IMG/VR virus record: IMGVR_UViG_3300043446_000566
Span: 20,248 to 84,247 of that record
Reading direction: 5' to 3' (one strand)
DNA from: a virus
Length of the DNA: 64,000 nucleotides
Shown: piece by piece, positions 1 to 9,630 of the stretch
Numbering within the stretch: the stretch's first letter is position 1
How the letters are laid out: each line of letters starts with the position of its first letter
Program-made: the position numbers and the translations under genes
Notes under the pieces: model-generated
The model's database searches: none
Seen by the model: the letters and a program-made list of their open reading frames with translations, nothing else
What the model was told of the DNA's origin: nothing

Positions 1-406
1 CGTTATTCTTATTGGAATAGATCGACAACGATGCATCAGAATATTGTGGCTTTGCGTAGCTGTTGATCTTTCGAATATTTGCGCCATTGGACTGCTTGGC
101 CAAGTCAACATATTCTTTGAAGTCTGTAGGAAAAGTCAGACCTCTGATCCAGTCATGAATCTCTGTCCATGCACGGAGTTCTTCATCTACAAGAAACGTC
201 AGATTGAAAGTGTCATAAACTAGCTTTTCGCCAGGGACGTAGAGATCCACAAACGGCGTAGGCACAGGAATCTCAGTCAACGAAACGCCTGGAAGATTTG
301 CAGACTGACAAAAGTAAGTGAGTCCTTGCAGACGCTCAAAGGTCACTCTAAACTTTGTTGATTGTAACAGATCAAAACTAACAGGATTGCGGTTTAGTGC
401 TGTCAT
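1..406 (-). CDS. gp3: Tail completion / tail tube terminator protein (gp3-like), runs off the window start
   Basis: Manual translation MTALNRNPVSFDLLQSTKFRVTFERLQGLTYFCQSANLPGVSL...GEKLVYDTFNLTFLVDEELRAWTEIHDW; lies downstream of gp23 behind a late promoter. Confidence 0.8.
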   Translation of the reverse strand, partial: MTALNRNPVSFDLLQSTKFRVTFERLQGLTYFCQSANLPGVSLTEIPVPTPFVDLYVPGEKLVYDTFNLTFLVDEELRAWTEIHDWIRGLTFPTDFKEYVDLAKQSNGANIRKINSYAKPQYSDASLSIYSNKNN

Positions 407-436
407 CGGCTTTTGAACTCTCTGATGCTCATAGAC

Positions 437-443
437 TATTTAG
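437..443 (-). promoter_or_regulatory. T4-type late promoter (CTAAATA) for gp3
   Basis: Variant of T4 TATAAATA; the same motif recurs upstream of many structural genes here. Confidence 0.65.
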
Positions 444-448
444 CTAAT

Positions 449-475
449 AAAAAAGGGGAGCATTTCTGCTCCCCT
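449..475 (-). terminator. Rho-independent terminator after gp23
   Basis: AGGGGAGCA-GAAA-TGCTCCCCT followed by a T run; a second hairpin GATTGCC-GTGAA-GGCAACC lies at 483-501. Confidence 0.9.
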
Positions 476-517
476 CTAGTTAGGTTGCCTTCACGGCAAT
501 CTTATTGTTCAACCAGA

Positions 518-1843
518 TTATTGGTTGATGTTCAGCACTGCGAACTTACGATAGTACACGTTCGTGTTTGTCGTAATTGCACCAGCTAGTGAACCGCCCG
601 ATGTACCATCAGCGAATGGATTCGAGACCATGCCGTAGCGAGTCTTGAAGCCAACCTTTGGCTGATAGTTGTCAGGATCGATAGCACGTACCATCTGTAG
701 AGGAACATATGGGCAGTAGAAGAGACCAGCGTCATAAGGCGTTGTTCCCTTGTAACCAACCACAATGTAGTCCGAGTTTGATACAGAGTATGGATCAACA
801 TAGACCTTGATGCGACCGAATAGCGTACCAGCGAAGGTGTTGCCAGTGTCGTCAACAGTTAGGTTTGTGTTGTTAGCTAGGGCTGAGTTGTAGTCAAGAA
901 GACCAGACATAGCTAGGGCTGAGCCAACGTCTGACGAGACGATTAGCAGGTTACCCTTACCACGACGAGTGTCCTTAGCAATCTTGTTGCTCGCGCGCTC
1001 GATTGCGAATAGGAGCGACTTGTACTTTTCTACCTGCCAGCGACCAGACGTATCTGTGTTGCTTGATAGGTTGAAGGCAGCAGTTGCAGCACCTAGGATA
1101 CCGACGTTAGCAGTTGCATAGACTGTACGAACAACTTCACGATTGATTTCTGCAAGGATTTCAGTCGATAGGATGTTTGATAGTTCTGTTTCAGCATCTA
1201 GACCATGGATAGCCTTTAGATCCTGAGCAAGTTCCATCGTGTACGAAGCCTGTAGACCGCGAGTCTTAGCTGTGACCGACACGCGCTCGATTGAGAACGC
1301 CATGTTTGCCATACCTAGTGTTTCGCCTGATGCAGTCGTGAAGCCAATACCAAGGTTAGCAGTTGTCATAGCTGCTACGTTCTGGCTTAGGTTTACGATT
1401 GCGTTAGCTACTGTATCGTTTGGTGTACCAGCAAATACAGTGTTAGCTTCGTTTACGAATGCTTCTGTGCCGCCTGGTGTGCCATACTTGCTGCGCATTG
1501 CAAAGATCAGTCCTGTTGGACCAGTCATTGGCTGAACGCCGCAGATGTCATAAGCCATTAGGTTAGGAAGAGCACGACGTACCAGTCCGATTAGGATTGG
1601 GTCGAAGCCTGCCATTGTTGTTGAACCCTGTGCAGACGTTACTGAGCCAGGAGCGCCAGCAATGTTTACAGGTGTTGCTTCGAATAGGCGTCCGAAATTT
1701 GACGCTTCTTCAGCTAGGGCACGCTCTTGATTCTCCAGTACAAGGGCTGTTACGGCGCGCTTGTATGGATCCGAGATCTTTGGGAGTTCTGGGTGATCAA
1801 GAACTGGTGCCCACTTCTTAGCATGTGTTTCGTTAAGATACAT
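518..1843 (-). CDS. gp23: Major capsid protein
   Basis: KWAPVLDH, LVRRALPNLMAYDICGVQPMTGPTGLIFAMRSKY, ELAQDLKAIHGLDAE, YCPYVPL, QPKVGFKTRYG. Confidence 0.99.
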   Translation of the reverse strand: MYLNETHAKKWAPVLDHPELPKISDPYKRAVTALVLENQERALAEEASNFGRLFEATPVNIAGAPGSVTSAQGSTTMAGFDPILIGLVRRALPNLMAYDICGVQPMTGPTGLIFAMRSKYGTPGGTEAFVNEANTVFAGTPNDTVANAIVNLSQNVAAMTTANLGIGFTTASGETLGMANMAFSIERVSVTAKTRGLQASYTMELAQDLKAIHGLDAETELSNILSTEILAEINREVVRTVYATANVGILGAATAAFNLSSNTDTSGRWQVEKYKSLLFAIERASNKIAKDTRRGKGNLLIVSSDVGSALAMSGLLDYNSALANNTNLTVDDTGNTFAGTLFGRIKVYVDPYSVSNSDYIVVGYKGTTPYDAGLFYCPYVPLQMVRAIDPDNYQPKVGFKTRYGMVSNPFADGTSGGSLAGAITTNTNVYYRKFAVLNINQ

Positions 1844-1871
1844 TTTTAAATTCTCCGTAGTTCTTTAGATT

Positions 1872-3044
1872 TCACTTTGGTAGTGATTTTGTAATTGATC
1901 GAACATAATGTGCCATAATACCGGTTGTATCTACTTCAGGTTGTGTCTCGGACGTCTCTTCGGCAACCTTTACCTCACTCACAATCTTCTTTGTTGGGAA
2001 GTAGTTCTCGCGAATTACTGCGAGCTTATTATCAAAATCACCATCTGTGGTGAACTCCACGCCCTCTGCGAGCGACTTCAATTTTGCGATTTGCGTTTCC
2101 GTTAGACCATTGCAAGCCTTGCGGATAGCTTCATTCTTCTTTGATTCGTTTAGTTCCTTGCGAACTGCATCAAACTTCGACTGAATATCAGCAGCCGATT
2201 CTTCTAGTTCTAGAACCTTCGATGCTAGTTCTTCTGCTACGTCTAGCTTCTCATCTGGAATCTCGATGTAGTGTTCTGCGAATAGAGTCTTGAGACCGTC
2301 GATGAAGCCTTCGGTTAGTTCTGCACGAAGACCAGACTCGATAGCAACCTGATTCTCTGTCATCCACTGCTCTACAACGTAGTTGAGATAAGTGTCAACT
2401 TGCTCAGATAGATCTGTCTTGATTGTGTCATAGGCTTCTTCAAGGATCTTGTCGTTGTCAGCAAGAACGTCTTCGACGATCTTCTCAACGCGAGACTGAA
2501 CAGCTGATTCGAAGATCAGTGTAGCCTTGACACGGAAGTCTTCTGATAGAGACTCGCCATTGAATAGCGCGTCAACATCTTCCTTCATCGTGCCCTTGTG
2601 CTTAGCCACTAGACCCTTCATCATCTGCTTCTTAGCTTCGACGATTTCTTCTTCAGAAAGTTCTGTTTCTTCTTCAACAGCAACTTCTTCTTCAGAGATG
2701 ACTTCTTCATCTTCTGAATGCTCTACTGAGTCACCAAAGGTAGCAGCACCTGGGTTAGATGCTTTCTTAGGAGCAGCTGGTGCAGCGCTCTTGCCTGGTA
2801 TTGGCTCTTGAGGAGCAGCACGATCACCAGGAACTGGTGACTTCTTGACAGCAGCAGCGGCTTGCTTGCCTACTGATGCCGAGCCACCATCATTGCTTTG
2901 ACCTGGCTCTGCATAGTCGTCTGTTGGTGTAGCGCCACCAAGATCGTTTGCTTGTGCGCTTGTTGCTGGCATTGGATCCTGCTTTCTATTTGCAATAGAA
3001 GCCTTTAGGATTTCAGCAGCGGATTCTGATAATGTCTTGCTCAT
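1872..3044 (-). CDS. gp22: Prohead core scaffold protein
   Basis: Acidic coiled coil, LSEDFRVKATLIFESAV, YLNYVVEQWMTENQVAIESG; directly upstream of gp23. Confidence 0.95.
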   Translation of the reverse strand: MSKTLSESAAEILKASIANRKQDPMPATSAQANDLGGATPTDDYAEPGQSNDGGSASVGKQAAAAVKKSPVPGDRAAPQEPIPGKSAAPAAPKKASNPGAATFGDSVEHSEDEEVISEEEVAVEEETELSEEEIVEAKKQMMKGLVAKHKGTMKEDVDALFNGESLSEDFRVKATLIFESAVQSRVEKIVEDVLADNDKILEEAYDTIKTDLSEQVDTYLNYVVEQWMTENQVAIESGLRAELTEGFIDGLKTLFAEHYIEIPDEKLDVAEELASKVLELEESAADIQSKFDAVRKELNESKKNEAIRKACNGLTETQIAKLKSLAEGVEFTTDGDFDNKLAVIRENYFPTKKIVSEVKVAEETSETQPEVDTTGIMAHYVRSITKSLPK

Positions 3045-3071
3045 TTGTTCTAACTCCTGAAGAAGTAATAT

Positions 3072-3079
3072 TATTTATA
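3072..3079 (-). promoter_or_regulatory. T4 late promoter TATAAATA for gp22-gp23
   Basis: Exact T4 late consensus, followed by SD AGGAG. Confidence 0.8.
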
Positions 3080-3083
3080 AAAA

Positions 3084-3686
3084 TTAAAGTTTTGACACGG
3101 TCAAATAATCATAATGCTTCTCAAATGTCTGTTTGGAAACACGGAAATGATTATAGGCGTCTTTTTTACTACCAAAAACTATACCATTCACTTGAATAGA
3201 AATCGCACGAGGATTGTTTGATCCTTCGTTTCTTTTAGTGCTGGTATCAACGTATGATTTTTGAATATCAAATGATGGTTTATGTGAGTTAGCTGTTCCT
3301 ATTTTCTCTCTATGAGATTGTGACAACTTTTTACCAGCATTTTTTATACGCAAAATTTCTATATGTTTTTCTGTCAATTTTGATCCAGATCTATCTGGTA
3401 TAGATATAGCCTTATTCGTCAATTTTAGATTTGGATATGTCAAATTCCACATATAGATCATGTCTGTCTCAATTCTTAGGGCTTCTTTAGAGAATTCTAT
3501 GTCTTTTTTTAAAAAGACAACTTTATGCGATAATCCTAGCACTCGAATATTTTTTATGACGTTACACTTAGACTCGTTATGAGCATCATGTGATTTGCCA
3601 TGAAAATACGCCCTGTCTCCTTTGCCTTTACCAATATAAAAAGGTACATTATTCACAGGATCAATTAGCGCATACACATAATACAT
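3084..3686 (-). mobile_element. Free-standing GIY-YIG homing endonuclease with NUMOD-like DNA-binding repeats
   Basis: YYVYALIDP..PFYIGKG..R motif; KKLSQSHREKIG and GSNNPRA repeats; AT-rich; interrupts the gp21-gp22 adjacency. Confidence 0.85.
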
Positions 3687-4330
3687 TATAGTTTTCCAAG
3701 AAAGTTTTCAAAAATCTTTAGAGAAATGTCTTCAATTTGCTTAGTTTTAGCTTTCTTTATTTGATCATAATATGCATTGACATCAATTTCTTGAATTTTA
3801 CCCTCAACAAACATCCATTCCTTGCCCTCCATGATGCCTTGTACAAAAGCACCAGGAGCAGAAGGATCCGCAACAATATCAGCCGCTGTGGCTAGATAGT
3901 AGTCGTCTTGCACCATGTTGACACCGTTCACTTCTTTGAGTGAACCCATGCCTCGTGATGATACACCGAGAGTAGCACCGCCTTCCATTAGAGACTTGGC
4001 GATCTTACCCATTGGTGTTTCAAGAATTTTTGCTTTGCCGATGAAGTTCTTGCCTTCTTGGCGTAGATTTACAATCAAGTGCGACACGCGATCAAGATTG
4101 ATAGTTGGAGAATCTGGATGACCTAGTTCTCCAAATGCGCGGTTCTTCTCTACATATTCTTTCATGTAGCGATCAACTTCTTTCGCAAGGATCTTGTTCT
4201 CGTAGATACGATTGTTGCGATTTGGCGTGTCAGCGACAAGAAATGGTCCTTCGATGAACAGTGTCTTCGTGCCATTCTTTTCTTCAGTCAGAACTCTGAC
4301 CTGCTCGACTGTTTCTCTGATTAGTTTCAT
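3686..4330 (-). CDS. gp21: Prohead protease
   Basis: NRNNRIY, GELGHP, LDRVSH, GVSSRGMGS, DIVADPSAPGA. Confidence 0.98.
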   Translation of the reverse strand: MKLIRETVEQVRVLTEEKNGTKTLFIEGPFLVADTPNRNNRIYENKILAKEVDRYMKEYVEKNRAFGELGHPDSPTINLDRVSHLIVNLRQEGKNFIGKAKILETPMGKIAKSLMEGGATLGVSSRGMGSLKEVNGVNMVQDDYYLATAADIVADPSAPGAFVQGIMEGKEWMFVEGKIQEIDVNAYYDQIKKAKTKQIEDISLKIFENFLGKL

Positions 4331-4332
4331 TT

Positions 4333-4665
4333 TTATAGTCCTAATGATGCTCTTTTTCTAAGTGAGCGTTTTCTCTTTATAAGCGCACGAGCCATCTTAG
4401 CTTTGCGCTTGATCTTTGCCTTCCTAGCTGCTCTCTTGCGATGCATTCTCTCAGAAGCCTTCATTTTCACCAATCTACCACCGCGAATAGTATATCCCTT
4501 TACGTTGGATACTTTTTTTCTGCGTTGGATTTTGCCACCGCGAACACGCGCTCTAACAATCTTCACACGCGCTTCATTCAATTCTACAGCAACATGTGCT
4601 TTGAGAAGATCTAGTTTCTCAAAGTAAATGCTTTTGATTTTTTCTTTGATCTCGTCGAGCATCAC
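4333..4665 (-). CDS. Basic prohead core protein (gp68-like)
   Basis: Very Arg/Lys-rich C-terminus; position between portal and protease as for T4 gp68. Confidence 0.55.
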   Translation of the reverse strand: MMLDEIKEKIKSIYFEKLDLLKAHVAVELNEARVKIVRARVRGGKIQRRKKVSNVKGYTIRGGRLVKMKASERMHRKRAARKAKIKRKAKMARALIKRKRSLRKRASLGL

Positions 4666-5429
4666 TTCATCTTCTTGAATGCAAACGACGCGACTTTGCC
4701 TAGATGCTCTGGGCTTTGCTTGACCATCTTAGCAATTTTGATTTTGTTTTGATCATTTACTGCATTGTATAGTTGATGCACAGCGCTAGCAGTATAACCA
4801 TCGACTAAAGCAGACGAGCCATCGTCAAACTTTAGCTTCTTAGCCTGCTTTGTCTTTACAATATTGGCAATGTGATCAATGTTTTCTACAATAGTTTGTT
4901 CTGACTGCATTCCTACAACGTCTTCAGCGCCTGTAGAGTTGTATGGCACTGTGAATGAAAGACCTAGCGCATCGTTTGTATAGAGAGCAACGCGCTTGCC
5001 ATCAGGAAACACTCTAACTCCCTTGCGCTTGAGGACAAGCATCATAGGTGGTGTTGGCGTATCAATTGCTTCAGAAAGATATTCGTCTCGTGTGATCTCA
5101 TAACCAGCCATGATGTTCTTGCGAACAGCAGAATAGGCTTGCTGAGAGCCAGTAACAGCGTCTGAAGTTGCTTGATAGTAACGCGAGATAACGTCGCGTT
5201 GACTGCGCGTTAGCTTACCAATATCACCCTTCTGGGCATTGGCTCTCAGCGCCATTTTGAGCGCAGGAAGTTCGCTAGCCTTCATTGCGCCAGCACGAAC
5301 TAGTCCTGCGATTCTCGCAGCTTGTAATGCCTGTGAATTAGGCTTCTGTTGCGTTGTTGTCGGAGGCGTCTGCTGATTCATCATCATTGGTGCTTCCGTC
5401 AACTTCTGCTTCATGTTCTGGAACTTCAT
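4662..5429 (-). CDS. Hypothetical head-operon protein, possibly an internal head protein
   Basis: ORF in the head operon; likely start MKFQNMKQKLTE at 5429; several L/I-x-E gp21-type sites. Confidence 0.55.
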   Translation of the reverse strand: MKFQNMKQKLTEAPMMMNQQTPPTTTQQKPNSQALQAARIAGLVRAGAMKASELPALKMALRANAQKGDIGKLTRSQRDVISRYYQATSDAVTGSQQAYSAVRKNIMAGYEITRDEYLSEAIDTPTPPMMLVLKRKGVRVFPDGKRVALYTNDALGLSFTVPYNSTGAEDVVGMQSEQTIVENIDHIANIVKTKQAKKLKFDDGSSALVDGYTASAVHQLYNAVNDQNKIKIAKMVKQSPEHLGKVASFAFKKMK

Positions 5430-5586
5430 CGTTTGATTCTTCTGGTGTAAGTAGAGTAGATGCAATCTCGACCTTCTTTACTTCAAGCGCATCGCTAATT
5501 TTTGGTGCCATTGCTGCATTGAATGCGTTTACAAATGCTTCTTCGTCACCATTTACCGCTGCGTCTATGATATTGAACGATTCCAT
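5338..5586 (-). CDS. Acidic prohead core protein (gp67-like)
   Basis: Small acidic protein directly after the portal; SD GGAG and late promoter CTAAATA (5606-5612) upstream. Confidence 0.65.
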   Translation of the reverse strand: MESFNIIDAAVNGDEEAFVNAFNAAMAPKISDALEVKKVEIASTLLTPEESNDEVPEHEAEVDGSTNDDESADASDNNATEA

Positions 5587-5604
5587 AATTATCTCCAATA
5601 AATC

Positions 5605-7191
5605 TTATTTAGTTATTTCACTACTGAATGCTTTGTTGATGTCATCAGCTTGTTGTTGTGGCTGTTGACTCGCTGAAGCATTTGTTTCTTTTGCTAGTGC
5701 TTGTTCTTGCGCTTGCTCTTCTGCAAGTTGTTCGTCCATCTTTTCAACATCTTCTTCATTGAGATGAAGAACATTCTTCTTGACCCATGCTTTAGAGAAG
5801 TATGTACCAATATATGGATCAATCAACTGCATCAGCTGCATTCTGCCTTGCATCAATTCAGTGTCTTTGAGTTCGGCAAAATTATTATCTTTGAGGAAGT
5901 TGTAGTGAATCTTTTCCTTCATCTCATTCCATTCGTCAATAGAACAGATGCCCTTCAGCGCTAGCTGGCGTTGCATCAATTCATCGAATAGCAATGAGAA
6001 TTTATCGCGCAGACGCTCGATAAACTTCATAAACTTCAGTTCATCGCGTGTGATTTCTGTAGCGCGACCTAGCGTGAAAGTCTGTGCAGTTTCAAGTCTT
6101 GAAGATGGTACGTTCAACGACTTGTATAGCTTGCCTTCAAAATACTTGACATCTGCCATTTCACCAAGGTTTTGACCTGGTGGCAGAGTTGTGATCTCTG
6201 TTGACTTGCCTTCACCGCGACGTGGAATCCAGAAGTCTTCCATCATTGACATAAACTTGCGGTCATCTTGAACTTGACCTGTCGTCGAGTCATAGACAAC
6301 TTTATTGCGGAACTTTGTCATGATGTCGCGAAGATACTGTTCAGCCTTCATCTTAGGCATGTTACCAACGTCGATATAGAACACGCGACGTTCTGGTGCA
6401 CGAGAGATGCGATAGATGACGATAGCATCTTCCATCATTCGAAGCTGATTCAATGGCTTGATAGCCTTATGAAGATGTGAAAGAACAAGTGATTTTCTTG
6501 CATCTAATAGACCAGAATTGATGTTTACAATCGCGTCAGGAGCAATCTTTACACCAGTATCTGTAGGCGATGTTACAACAGACTGCCCCTGGACAGTCGC
6601 TTTCTCGTTGTACACATAGAATTCTTGAGTGCCGATAACAGCTTCAACGCCTGTGCGTGGATCTTTTTTCTTGATCACAGAACGCACTTTCTTGATCTTG
6701 CGTGGATCAAGATATACTAGTTCTTGAATGCCTAGCTTTGGCTGCTTTTCGTCGATCAGCACTTGATAGAATAGTCTTCCGTCAATGTACCATCTGCGAA
6801 AAACATCTTGACCATCGTTTGAAAAGTTCAAAAGTCTTAGAACTGTATTGAACTCTTCGCGGATCATCTCTTTGATGTTATCTGGTTGTTCTAGATCATC
6901 GAGAATGAGCGTTACAGATTTACCTGCAACGTCGTGAACAATTGATTCGTTGATGATATCGTCGATTGCAGTCTCAAGTTCAGGCTGCATTGCCATTTCA
7001 CGATATCGAGTGATAAGGTCGTTCTCGTTCTTGAAATTAGATTCAAGATCAAGATAAGTGCCGAAGTATCCGCCAGCTGTGACGTTGATTGCACCATCAT
7101 CTTGTACAGGTGCAGTAATCGGTGACTGGACGGATTCTTCGTTCTTTTTAGCACGAACAATCTCGAAGCCAAATAAATTAATATTAGCCAT
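5605..7191 (-). CDS. gp20: Portal protein
   Basis: FRRWYIDGR, IYRISRAPERRVFYIDVGNMPKMKAEQY, MMEDFWIPRRGEGKSTEITTLPPGQ. Confidence 0.99.
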   Translation of the reverse strand: MANINLFGFEIVRAKKNEESVQSPITAPVQDDGAINVTAGGYFGTYLDLESNFKNENDLITRYREMAMQPELETAIDDIINESIVHDVAGKSVTLILDDLEQPDNIKEMIREEFNTVLRLLNFSNDGQDVFRRWYIDGRLFYQVLIDEKQPKLGIQELVYLDPRKIKKVRSVIKKKDPRTGVEAVIGTQEFYVYNEKATVQGQSVVTSPTDTGVKIAPDAIVNINSGLLDARKSLVLSHLHKAIKPLNQLRMMEDAIVIYRISRAPERRVFYIDVGNMPKMKAEQYLRDIMTKFRNKVVYDSTTGQVQDDRKFMSMMEDFWIPRRGEGKSTEITTLPPGQNLGEMADVKYFEGKLYKSLNVPSSRLETAQTFTLGRATEITRDELKFMKFIERLRDKFSLLFDELMQRQLALKGICSIDEWNEMKEKIHYNFLKDNNFAELKDTELMQGRMQLMQLIDPYIGTYFSKAWVKKNVLHLNEEDVEKMDEQLAEEQAQEQALAKETNASASQQPQQQADDINKAFSSEITK

Positions 7192-7221
7192 ACGTTATCT
7201 CCATAATAAAAGACGATTCAA

Positions 7222-7767
7222 TTAAAATACGCCTTCTGGAATTGCTTCCCACCACTGATATGAGAACGTCACTGAGTATTCTTCGATAGAATCATTGTTG
7301 CCCCAATCTAGATCGATTGGCGCAACATCTGTAGGAAACAAACCGATAAATTTGTATGCCTTTAGAATCTTACCAGTTTTTCCATAATGCTTGACCGTAG
7401 CGTCTACACCGTAAGATGTAGGACCACCCGCAGCAGCGGCTCTTAGATTTCCGCGATGCGAGTTGATGTTATTCAGCCAGCGCTCGAATGCATTACGAAC
7501 CGTGAAGTCTTCGTCGTTGATGATATTTACTGACCAATCAGAGAATGTTCTGTTGCCAGCAAACTTTACTTCGCGACCAAAATACTGCACAGGAACAACT
7601 CCTACCGTCGTGCCAGGCAGCTGCGCACTCTTGCATTGAAACTGCATTTTGCGCGAAGCGTTGCCTGGATTAGAGAACGATGGGAAATTCATTTCTACAT
7701 CGAATAAGTTGGCGCGGGCGCCATCAAATTGCATTTGCGAACGAAATTCAGATACATTAAAAGCCAT
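7222..7767 (-). CDS. gp19: Tail tube protein
   Basis: GARANLF, YFGREVKFAGNRTFSDW, LFPTDVAPIDLDW, YQWWE; late promoter ATAAATA at 7794-7800. Confidence 0.97.
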   Translation of the reverse strand: MAFNVSEFRSQMQFDGARANLFDVEMNFPSFSNPGNASRKMQFQCKSAQLPGTTVGVVPVQYFGREVKFAGNRTFSDWSVNIINDEDFTVRNAFERWLNNINSHRGNLRAAAAGGPTSYGVDATVKHYGKTGKILKAYKFIGLFPTDVAPIDLDWGNNDSIEEYSVTFSYQWWEAIPEGVF

Positions 7768-7799
7768 TGTATTCTCCTGACTTTACCTTATTCTATTTA

Positions 7800-9569
7800 T
7801 TAGAAGCGTCCAACGATCTCGTCGAAGGAAACACCGCTACGAACAGCGACAAAGTTCAACTGAATAAAGTTTACGCTTCTTGCTGGCTTGATGTAGATAT
7901 CGCCAACGAACTGATTTGCATCAATTACTTGTGGCGTGTTGTTTGATTCATCGCAAACAACGCGGAAGTCATAGATACCACGGCGACCCTGAACATCTCT
8001 TAGGAATGGCTCTACTAGTGCTACGAACTGCGCTCTTGTGAATTCATCGTTGAACTCGAAGAGACTTGAACGCGATGCACGAGAGATTACCTTTTCTAGA
8101 ACAATGAACAGACGGCGCACATTGATTCGATCAAATGCGCTTGGGCGACCCTGTAGCGTCTTATCGCCGAAGAGAACAGTGCCTTCTCCTGGGAACGAGA
8201 CAACTGGGTTCACACCAGCCTTGTAAAGTGTATCGCGCTCAGCCTGTGTTGGGTTGAACGATAGCTTCACAAGATTGCGAATCTGACCACGGTTTAGACC
8301 TGCTGGCGAGAACCATGGATCACGCTGAAGATCAGTGCGAACACATAGACCAGCAACGTCAGCATTCAGTGGCACCCAACGATATACGTCGTTGTACTTG
8401 TCGTACTGATACTTCCAACCGCTATCCATTACACCGTATGATGTATCTAGTAGACCTGAGCCATTGCGGAACGAGGTTACGTCTGTTGACTTAGCTGAAG
8501 ATGTTACTGAGTTTGCATATGGTGGCGAGATAAACGCGACCGTATCCTTACGAGCATCTGCAACTGTTAGCACTTCGTTGGCAATCGATGTATAGTTAGC
8601 TTCGGTGAAGCTAGCGTTTGCACTTACAAGCCCGTCGCCTGCAAACAATAGAGAAATGTCAAACTTTTCTTTGTTGTTGAACAGGTCAATTGCTGCTACT
8701 GCGTTGCCTACTGTTGGAACACCATCAGATCCATTGTAGAACGAGTATGTCGTTGAAGAGACAGTTGGCGAGTGAACTGGTGTGCCAGTTGCGTATGCAG
8801 CTGCAACTGTTTGACCCCATGCGTTTGCTGTGTTTGAACCCAGCGGATGACCCAGCCAGTGAATATACTTCGAATTACGGAATACAACTTCCTTGTAATA
8901 GATCGAAGAGCCATCATCGCCCTTAGCGTCCGAGCACTTCGAAAGGTTTGCATAACGCTCTAGAACAGTGTTTGCTGTTCCTGTGAATAGACCGTCTTCG
9001 TCAACAACTACAAGGTGTAGTTCGTCTTTGAGGAACGAAGTATTACCAGTGACTGTCGCTGCATAGAACGAAGTGTTTGGAGCAGCATCAAATGACGTTG
9101 CATATGCCCAGCTAGCGAACTCTGACTCAGAACCGCAAACAGAAACTTTCAGCGAATTGCCGATTGCACCAGGATATCTTGCTGCGAATCTTACGTTTGT
9201 GTTAGAAGTGCCGTAACGATTATTGAAGTAATCGTCGTCATTCGCAATAATAGCAGCGTGGCTAGTATTTGACGTTGCGTTGTTTGAACTTGTTGCTGTA
9301 CCCACTGTATCGTTGATTACGCGGACGATGCGTAGATCATTTCCATACGACAGGAAGTTTGCAGCAGATAGGAACGAAACAGCTGAGTTTGTGTCAGGCT
9401 TTAGGAACTTTTCAGCAAGTCCTGTTTCGCTTGAAATCTGGATTACGCTATTTGCTGGACCCCAACGGAAGAATCCGACCGTTGCGCCAGTTGAAGTTCC
9501 TACAGCAGGAACAGATGTTGTTAGATCAATTTCAGAAGTGTTAACTCCTGGAGAAACTAAAAATGCCAT
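7800..9569 (-). CDS. gp18: Tail sheath protein
   Basis: LVSPGV..EIDLT, PWFSPAGLNRG, GDKT, FDRINVRRLF, YIKPARSVNFIQLNF; late promoter CTAAATA at 9611-9617. Confidence 0.99.
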   Translation of the reverse strand: MAFLVSPGVNTSEIDLTTSVPAVGTSTGATVGFFRWGPANSVIQISSETGLAEKFLKPDTNSAVSFLSAANFLSYGNDLRIVRVINDTVGTATSSNNATSNTSHAAIIANDDDYFNNRYGTSNTNVRFAARYPGAIGNSLKVSVCGSESEFASWAYATSFDAAPNTSFYAATVTGNTSFLKDELHLVVVDEDGLFTGTANTVLERYANLSKCSDAKGDDGSSIYYKEVVFRNSKYIHWLGHPLGSNTANAWGQTVAAAYATGTPVHSPTVSSTTYSFYNGSDGVPTVGNAVAAIDLFNNKEKFDISLLFAGDGLVSANASFTEANYTSIANEVLTVADARKDTVAFISPPYANSVTSSAKSTDVTSFRNGSGLLDTSYGVMDSGWKYQYDKYNDVYRWVPLNADVAGLCVRTDLQRDPWFSPAGLNRGQIRNLVKLSFNPTQAERDTLYKAGVNPVVSFPGEGTVLFGDKTLQGRPSAFDRINVRRLFIVLEKVISRASRSSLFEFNDEFTRAQFVALVEPFLRDVQGRRGIYDFRVVCDESNNTPQVIDANQFVGDIYIKPARSVNFIQLNFVAVRSGVSFDEIVGRF

Positions 9570-9630
9570 GGTTTTACTCCTGGTGAATGGAGAATAGAAA
9601 TTCTACGCTTTATTTAGTAATTCTAAGTTT

